Origin: Sideroxydans sp.
GTDB taxonomy: Bacteria; Pseudomonadota; Gammaproteobacteria; Burkholderiales; Gallionellaceae
Length of the DNA stretch: 64,000 nt
Assembly (NCBI GenBank): GCA_036170995.1
Contig: JAVHQF010000147.1
Location: 15,632 to 79,631, forward strand
Reading direction: 5' to 3'
The notes beneath the pieces were generated by a model, which worked only from the letters and a program-made list of their open reading frames with translations, was not told the origin of the DNA and made no database searches. How positions within the stretch are numbered: the first letter of the stretch is position 1; every line of letters begins with the position of its first letter. Below are positions 58,091 through 64,000 of the stretch, piece after piece. Made by a program: the position numbers and the translations under genes.

Positions 58091-59217
58091 CCAACCCTTT
58101 CAAAGAAATCGACACAGAGAACACGCCCGCCTCCGAAAATGCTTTTGACCTGTGGGCAAACACCCAGCATGAACTCGGCGAGATGTCGCTGGCATCGATT
58201 AAAAAGTACAAGCCCCTGTGGATGGCGTGGGTGTCCTGGTGTTTGCTGCATGAAATTGCTTGGGATGAAGTACAGAGCCACGACATTGAACAGTTCTTGC
58301 AAGGCCCAGCACCAGGCACAGGGCCCACTCGTCGTCTGGCAATCAATCCCAAAAAAATGTCTTCCTACACACGCCAACGCTACTGGCGTCTGTTACGAGG
58401 CATTTATGCTAGTGCCTACAAGAATAAGTTGACCAAGCACAACCCAGTCATCAATATCGATGAAAAAGAACGCCCGAGAATTTCTGAGGTTGACCGCACC
58501 TCCCAGGTGCTGGAGCCGTATGTATTTTGCAAACTCGCTCAACCTCAAACAATTGAAGCAATATTCCCGAGAAAAACTAAAACGAACTGGTGGCACGCCC
58601 GAGATCAGGCACTGATCGCGGTGCTGGTTGAGACTGGCATCACCGTGACGGAGTTGATCGCTCTTCGTGGCATGGATCTGGTCGAGGTCGCACAGGGAAG
58701 GTCTATGGCAACACCACATGCGCAAACTCCAATCGTGGACAGCCCTGGCGCTGAACTGGAAATCGATGTCATGGAAACCACTTCGAATGTCGATCGATCC
58801 CTGCCAATCAGCAAGACCATGGCTCCCATCCTGCGCTATTGGTTGGCATGGCGGCAAAAGCTGCTCGTTGAACGCAGCGCAAAAACCGGCCCCTTAAATA
58901 GGCGAGACCAATTTATGGCCACCCACGGCAGAGAAGGGCCGCTTTTCATCGCCCGACGCGCACGCTCTGGAACTGAGATTTTTCCACCTATGGATCCGAC
59001 AAGTGTCTATCACACCGTCAGTCAGGCGCTCACGCGCCTTCGCAATACAGAAGGATTGGTCAGTCAGACCTACATCGCAAAAGGGCCTGCCGTAGTCCGT
59101 AATTCCGTCATCCGTCAATGGATTGATACCGTAGGTCCTGCTGCTGCGGCGGCTATGAGTGGTCTCAAAAGCCCCAATTCACTTCGACTGAAGGCAACCA
59201 CCTCCGATTTGCCATAG
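58087..59217 (+). CDS. Tyrosine-recombinase-fold protein lacking catalytic residues
   Basis: GTG after AAGGAGG; core-binding domain; RD.ALI.VL.ETGITVTEL (Arg replaced by T); GPAVVRN in place of HxLRH; no C-terminal Tyr. Confidence 0.75.
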   Translation: MTNPFKEIDTENTPASENAFDLWANTQHELGEMSLASIKKYKPLWMAWVSWCLLHEIAWDEVQSHDIEQFLQGPAPGTGPTRRLAINPKKMSSYTRQRYWRLLRGIYASAYKNKLTKHNPVINIDEKERPRISEVDRTSQVLEPYVFCKLAQPQTIEAIFPRKTKTNWWHARDQALIAVLVETGITVTELIALRGMDLVEVAQGRSMATPHAQTPIVDSPGAELEIDVMETTSNVDRSLPISKTMAPILRYWLAWRQKLLVERSAKTGPLNRRDQFMATHGREGPLFIARRARSGTEIFPPMDPTSVYHTVSQALTRLRNTEGLVSQTYIAKGPAVVRNSVIRQWIDTVGPAAAAAMSGLKSPNSLRLKATTSDLP

Positions 59218-59435
59218 CAGGTTGGCTTGCTTTGAGTTCGGCCTCATAACCATTCGTGCGTGATTTGGTTGTGATGTGCATGATTGGAGTGCAACCAAAA
59301 ATAATACATTCGGCACGCAACTGGCATTCGCAACCCAACAAAGCAACCCAACAAATTGAACATTGAACCATCACAACAGTAAACTATAAGCACTTCGCTT
59401 CATGCGATTTGCGTGCCGTGTACACGCCTTAAACC

Positions 59436-59506
59436 ACACCCGACTGGGATTCCCAGTTGGGGGACTCCCTGGTTGGTTATTTCCAAATAACTATAAGGGA
59501 GCAATC
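59436..59506 (+). promoter_or_regulatory. Dispersed leader element, copy 8
   Basis: acacccgactgggattcccagttgggggactccctgg...aagggag; ctccct pairs with the RBS agggag. Confidence 0.5.
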
Positions 59507-59893
59507 ATGGAAATCAAAAAAATAGTATTGGCCATCTGGCCACTTGTGCCTAGCATGATGGTGTTTGCCATCATGACCAGAAAAGCCATCGCACAAGGCT
59601 TTTTGGACGCACTCAACAAACGTTTGGATAGTGAAGCATGGCTTGAGAATTTTCTCAACTACGCGAACACTGTCTCTACCTTGGGAGCCGTTGTGGCAGG
59701 TGCTTTTGGCATCGCAGAAAACTCACACATAACGACTGCCATGGCAGTTGGCCTGTTCTTTGTTTTCTACAAAATCAGTCTTTCACTGAGGATTCGCCTT
59801 GAAGCCTTGAAGGACCGCAAAGAGCATGAACTTGCAAAGAAGATAGTAGAAGCACTCGTTGCCGAACTCATCAAACCAGCAGGTTCTGCCTGA
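59507..59893 (+). CDS. Small membrane protein
   Basis: Three hydrophobic segments, AGGGAG RBS. Confidence 0.65.
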   Translation: MEIKKIVLAIWPLVPSMMVFAIMTRKAIAQGFLDALNKRLDSEAWLENFLNYANTVSTLGAVVAGAFGIAENSHITTAMAVGLFFVFYKISLSLRIRLEALKDRKEHELAKKIVEALVAELIKPAGSA

Positions 59894-59973
59894 AAACATG
59901 TCAATATCCGCAAGGATGACAACCTCTTTGCGGAGCTGTACCATTAGGAAACACAATGAATTCAGGAAACTTC

Positions 59974-60102
59974 ATGGAAACGATCACTATTGTCAAAATC
60001 GCAATCGGCGTGGTGATCGTTGCCGTTTTTTTGCTGAGCAAGTACATCGATCGAAAGAATGAAATACTGCTAGCTGAAAACAAAGACTGGCTTAAACGCT
60101 AA
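59974..60102 (+). CDS. 42-aa single-TM microprotein (below the ORF-track cutoff)
   Basis: AGGA RBS; METITIVKIAIGVVIVAVFLLSKYIDRKNEILLAENKDWLKR; followed by a terminator. Confidence 0.55.
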   Translation: METITIVKIAIGVVIVAVFLLSKYIDRKNEILLAENKDWLKR

Positions 60103-60130
60103 TTCAGCCGTCAAGTCATACAAAAGCAAG

Positions 60131-60157
60131 AAAAGGAGCCCATAAGCTCCTTTTTTT
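60131..60157 (+). terminator. Intrinsic terminator
   Basis: aaaaggagc-ccataa-gctcctttttt. Confidence 0.75.
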
Positions 60158-60165
60158 ATTCACAT

Positions 60166-60229
60166 ACCCACCGGGGCATCAATCCCCGAGAGGGAAGGTG
60201 CCTCCATTCAAATCAACTGGAGAAACACC
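60166..60229 (+). promoter_or_regulatory. Dispersed leader element, copy 9
   Basis: acccaccggggcatcaatccccgagagggaaggtgcctcca...tggagaaacacc-GTG; ggtgcctcca pairs with tggag..cacc. Confidence 0.65.
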
Positions 60230-60784
60230 GTGCCCATTAATCAAATCGTGGAATTCAAAATGCTCGATGTGTCTACCGCACATCTTTCGCCAGAAACACG
60301 TCAACGCCTCGAATCTTCGAATATCGAAGGTGTCCTGTTTTATCCCAAAGGCCCGTGGGGCTGGTTCATCAACGTGCCATCTCGAGAGGATGGAATGCTC
60401 GTAGGGGATGATGTCCCTGCAGACCTGAAAAACTGCATTGAGTTCGCACAGACCCTGGAAAAGGAATGGATCATGTTCGATTGCGATGGATCAATTGTTG
60501 AAAATCTTCCGAAATTCGAAGATGAAGAAATGCCAGACTGCACCAACCACATGCTTTTGGAGCAACTTGCGCAAGCGTACGCTCGTCATCTGAGCGTTCA
60601 ATATGGACGCAACGTCAAGGCGACTGTGACAAGCTTCGGCAAGATCAGTGTCAAAGATGACCTCGAAAACGGCATGTACGCAACCGTATCTGCTGAGTTC
60701 GTGCAAGCCATGGTGATGCACCATCTGCCCGTCATCGAACTGCCAACCTTCAAATCGGATGTTCCCCAGGGGGCTACCGCATGA
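60230..60784 (+). CDS. DUF5983-like plasmid protein
   Basis: LDVSTAHL, GWFI.VP, P.DL...I.FA, WI.FDCDG..V..LP.F. Confidence 0.65.
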   Translation: MPINQIVEFKMLDVSTAHLSPETRQRLESSNIEGVLFYPKGPWGWFINVPSREDGMLVGDDVPADLKNCIEFAQTLEKEWIMFDCDGSIVENLPKFEDEEMPDCTNHMLLEQLAQAYARHLSVQYGRNVKATVTSFGKISVKDDLENGMYATVSAEFVQAMVMHHLPVIELPTFKSDVPQGATA

Positions 60785-61053
60785 AACTAGCAGCCCACAA
60801 CGCACTGACTGTCAATGGCCTGGTTCTGAGTCGCTTAACTCGGGCACTTTTGATGTCAGATGTTGCCGGCTGCGTGCAGTTGGAAACCGACCAGACAGTT
60901 CTGATCAAGGTTCTAAGCCCAGCGCAGGAAACCGCTGTGTACCCGGATGACTTAAAGGCCGCCCTGGAACAGGCGCGATCTGAAGGTTCCGGCTGGCTGG
61001 CCATCAGCAATATGGACTCTGCCTTATTGCCTGAGAATGTCACAATCCACTGA
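60781..61053 (+). CDS. Hypothetical protein
   Basis: ATGA overlap with the previous gene; followed by a terminator. Confidence 0.55.
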   Translation: MKLAAHNALTVNGLVLSRLTRALLMSDVAGCVQLETDQTVLIKVLSPAQETAVYPDDLKAALEQARSEGSGWLAISNMDSALLPENVTIH

Positions 61054-61065
61054 AAGCATCAGTAC

Positions 61066-61103
61066 AAAAAACCCCGCAAAAACAAAGCTGCGGGGTTTTT
61101 TTT
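61066..61103 (+). terminator. Intrinsic terminator
   Basis: aaaaaaccccgca...tgcggggtttttttt. Confidence 0.8.
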
Positions 61104-61117
61104 GCCAAAAATTTGCT

Positions 61118-61137
61118 CAATGCACTGTTTCTAGGGC
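61118..61137 (+). promoter_or_regulatory. Candidate activator box B
   Basis: CAATGCACTGTTTCTAGGGC, 20 bp upstream of TTGACG and upstream of pilT. Confidence 0.45.
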
Positions 61138-61226
61138 ATTGATCAGTCGAGATTCCATTGACGTTTCCATAGCATCGCAGAATATTTCAAGCAATGTGTG
61201 AAATTCGTCTAAACAAAGGAAACACC

Positions 61227-62318
61227 ATGGAAAACGACGGCCAGCCAGCAGAACACCATGCATTACACAAACTAGCCCGAATTACAGAAAGCACCGAACC
61301 CTTTTCTGACTTCAAAATTTGCGCAAATGAAGGCATTCTGGTCTGCAATGCTGGGGGATGGGAGCAGCTTAATGAAGAGCCATTCTCCCTCGCGGAAATT
61401 GAATATATCCTGCAGTCAATCGACAAGAACTGGTCCGAACACATTGTTACTGGCAAGCTGAATCACTCCTACCAAACGGGAAACTGGCGCTTGCGTATCA
61501 GTCCTTTTATGGCCTATGGTGGAAAGCGACCAACAATCATGGCGCGACGGATCCCTCGGACACCTCTGCCACTGACGAAAACAGGATTGCCGCTTTCAGT
61601 TCGTTTATTCACCGAGCACAAAGGTGGATTGCTTTTGGTCTCGGGTCCCACAGGCTCAGGAAAAACTTCGACCATCGCATCTCTGCTCGACACGATCAAT
61701 GATTCTCGCAGCGCGCACATTTACACGATCGAAGAGTCCATTGAATACCTCTTCGTTCCCAAACAGTCCAATTTCTCTCAACGCGAACTCGGTCCAGACA
61801 CTCCAAGCTTCTTTAGCGGTGTGCGCGAAGCGATGCGTCATCGGCCTCAGGTCATTGTCATTGGCGAAATTCGCGATCGCGAGACGGCCGAAACAGCACT
61901 GCTTGCTGGCGAATCTGGGCACTTGGTGATGGCCACATTGCACGCCAACTCTGCCTACGCCACGATACAGAAGATGATGTCGTTCTTCCCAGGTGAGACC
62001 GATAGCCGCATGCACTCATTTCAATCCAGTTTGATTGGGATCATCAACCAGCAAATGCTCCCCCACAAAGAAGGCAAGCGCAGCGTACTTGCTTCAGAAG
62101 TCATGTTCAATCACAAAGGGCAGTTCGTGAGTTTCTTCAATGACCACGACAAGCTCACCGATGCAATAGAGCGCAGCGAAGACCGGGTTTCATACGGGAT
62201 GGCCACCAGCATCGCTGATCTGGTGAAGAACAACCTTGTGACGAAGTCCGATGCTCTGAGTGAAACCATAACAAATCCCATGCTCTACAAGAGACTGTCC
62301 ACGATCCTTGGCAAGTGA
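61227..62318 (+). CDS. pilT: PilT/PilU-type retraction ATPase
   Basis: GLLLVSGPTGSGKT, HIYTIEE.IEY, QRELG.DT.SF, AMR.RP.VIVIGEIRD.ET, ESGHLV.ATLH. Confidence 0.85.
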   Translation: MENDGQPAEHHALHKLARITESTEPFSDFKICANEGILVCNAGGWEQLNEEPFSLAEIEYILQSIDKNWSEHIVTGKLNHSYQTGNWRLRISPFMAYGGKRPTIMARRIPRTPLPLTKTGLPLSVRLFTEHKGGLLLVSGPTGSGKTSTIASLLDTINDSRSAHIYTIEESIEYLFVPKQSNFSQRELGPDTPSFFSGVREAMRHRPQVIVIGEIRDRETAETALLAGESGHLVMATLHANSAYATIQKMMSFFPGETDSRMHSFQSSLIGIINQQMLPHKEGKRSVLASEVMFNHKGQFVSFFNDHDKLTDAIERSEDRVSYGMATSIADLVKNNLVTKSDALSETITNPMLYKRLSTILGK

Positions 62319-62343
62319 CCCTCCTGTTTAGGAAGCAATACGA

Positions 62344-62952
62344 ATGAAATCCCAAATATCCAGCCTGAAACTCCTCTGCCTCGCTCTTTTATTTTCAAGC
62401 ACCGGTTCAGTTTTTGCTGCTGGTGCTAGTGCTGCATTCACCGACATATGCACCAATGGGGAGGAATGGCCACACCCGTATATGTGCGAAAACAGAGAAA
62501 TGGATTTGGTGAAACAGCGCGTGGTTGTCAGTATCACTCCTGACGCTCAACACAGTGGGCACAGGGGTGCGTTTTACATTGGCATCAGGACCGATGGACA
62601 AGCCAGGGCAAACTTCACACAAAACGGCTGGGCAGGTCTCAATGGTGGTCTCTTCGAGCCGGTTACCTTGCACGATTCATTGCCAGGTGGAACACAACAG
62701 TTCGTTGTCCTCGATCGTGGATTGCTGTGCCCGCAAATTGGTGGCGGCACCTCTGAGCTTTGGGCTGGATACGGAATACTGAACGAACAAGGCGAAATGA
62801 TGATTCAGAACTACAAAAACTACCTGAGCAAAGGCATCACTTACGAGCATCTGGTTCGCACTTACGTGCAGCATGAAATGACTGAAAACCAGAGAGCTTG
62901 GAAGGTGTTAGAGGTGACATGCCCGAATGTGAATGGGGACACTAACAACTGA
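62344..62952 (+). CDS. Secreted hypothetical protein
   Basis: Signal peptide ending VFA; Cys pairs; likely co-transcribed with pilT. Confidence 0.7.
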   Translation: MKSQISSLKLLCLALLFSSTGSVFAAGASAAFTDICTNGEEWPHPYMCENREMDLVKQRVVVSITPDAQHSGHRGAFYIGIRTDGQARANFTQNGWAGLNGGLFEPVTLHDSLPGGTQQFVVLDRGLLCPQIGGGTSELWAGYGILNEQGEMMIQNYKNYLSKGITYEHLVRTYVQHEMTENQRAWKVLEVTCPNVNGDTNN

Positions 62953-63039
62953 AATATCAGTGAATCATTGCGCCCATCACACTCCACTGGCATGTGTGAT
63001 CTGTGGGACGTAGAGCTACTTGCCGACAAAGCCTAGAAA

Positions 63040-63372
63040 TTAGGCAAGACCCACAATAACGGCTGCCATCAACTTCACCAGTTTGAAATTGACCTTCAGA
63101 ACGTCCAAGGGCTGATCTGGTTGCTCAAGGTCGCGCAGCCCCAGCTCATCAATCATGGCATTCATATGACCTTCAGATTCTTGTCCATGGCCAAACAGGT
63201 CAACAGCAGAGCGACGATCGACTTTGATCAATTTCATTTTCAAAAGGTCACGGCCAGCGGGACTGTCGAGTAACCAGTGGCGATTCAGACTACCAACCGT
63301 CTGCGTCGGCTCGGGGACATAGTTCTGGCGGAAGTCTTCAGCGGTCAATTCTTTGGATACAAAGGTTGTCAT
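63040..63372 (-). CDS. Hypothetical protein
   Basis: GAGG RBS, 110 aa. Confidence 0.55.
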   Translation of the reverse strand: MTTFVSKELTAEDFRQNYVPEPTQTVGSLNRHWLLDSPAGRDLLKMKLIKVDRRSAVDLFGHGQESEGHMNAMIDELGLRDLEQPDQPLDVLKVNFKLVKLMAAVIVGLA

Positions 63373-63500
63373 ATGCACCTCACAATTTGTTTTCGATAAG
63401 TACAGAATCTCACCAAAATTGTTTACGTCAACCCCCTAAAAATAACCAAAACAAAAAAACCGCAGCCACACGCCACGAGCCAATTTTTTATAAAAGCAGT

Positions 63501-63812
63501 TTACTTGCTCGCTTTTGCGGCCTTACGTTGGGCGGCTTTCGGATCCACGACTGCCTTGAATTTTGCGCCAGCTACGAATTTTGGAACCGTGGTTGCTGCA
63601 ATCTTGACCGCCACACCAGTACGAGGATTTTTACCGGTGCGAGCCTTACGCTTGACCGACTTGAAAGTGCCGAAGCCGACCATCTGCACCTGGCCACCCT
63701 TCTTCACTGTCTTCTGGATGGTTGCAATCAGTGCCACCAACGCACGTCTAACGTCAGCTTGGGACAATTTGGATTCGTTTGCAACGGCTTCAATCAGTTC
63801 GGTACGGTTCAT
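63501..63812 (-). CDS. hup: HU-family histone-like DNA-binding protein
   Basis: MNRTELIEAVA, V.MVGFGTF, RKARTGKNPRTG, VPKF.AG..FK..V. Confidence 0.92.
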   Translation of the reverse strand: MNRTELIEAVANESKLSQADVRRALVALIATIQKTVKKGGQVQMVGFGTFKSVKRKARTGKNPRTGVAVKIAATTVPKFVAGAKFKAVVDPKAAQRKAAKASK

Positions 63813-64000
63813 GTTTGAGTGACTCAAAAAATAGGGAGCGTCAATTTTATCGATCCAAGCCCAGTTTACTGAATGCTCTTGGCCACAAGAGCTTTGCGGT
63901 TTCATACCCGCTCACCCTCAGCCATGCACCCGTGCTGAGCGCACAAAAAAAGGGCCAGTAGGTAGCTACTAACCCTTGTGTGCTAGCCGGTCCTTCAATC

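Noticed and set aside
58087-59217. Active integrase marking an ICE boundary
   Set aside because: Catalytic residues are missing and no tRNA or att-like direct repeat was seen nearby
1-64000. CRISPR array, tRNA, rRNA, IS elements, reverse transcriptase/DGR
   Set aside because: No regularly spaced repeats, RNA-gene signatures, transposase or RT ORFs were seen by eye; a tool-based scan was not possible

Overview
The window looks like the backbone of a large conjugative plasmid or ICE, probably betaproteobacterial (inferred from gene content). 1-11.1 kb holds replication and establishment genes: ssb, class II ribonucleotide reductase nrdJ, a DUF3150-like gene, a CobT-like vWA protein and a Zn-ribbon/TOPRIM primase. 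11.2-13.4 kb is a divergent switch: an XRE-like repressor opposite an FlhD/FlhC-like (AcaCD/SetCD-type) activator pair. 13.6-18.7 kb is an SXT/IncC-style traI-traD-orf-traJ module whose MOBH relaxase homologue has lost its catalytic His/HD residues and whose coupling protein has a non-canonical Walker A. 18.8-34 kb is a VirB/Trb-type T4SS interrupted by self-promoted cargo genes. 34-47.6 kb is an R64-like type IVb pilus operon with PilT-like ATPases and a mosaic PilV but no shufflon. 45-64 kb holds accessory or anti-defence-like genes: NADAR-SLOG fusion, DarB-like methyltransferase-helicase, HA-repeat protein, macro-like protein, catalytically degenerate tyrosine recombinase and HU. Non-coding highlights are a tandem pair of pseudoknot-capable elements upstream of nrdJ, about nine dispersed leader hairpins whose 3' arm is complementary to the downstream RBS, and a shared 20-bp candidate activator box. 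No rRNA, tRNA, CRISPR array or IS element was seen. All family assignments come from motif recognition by eye, not database searches.
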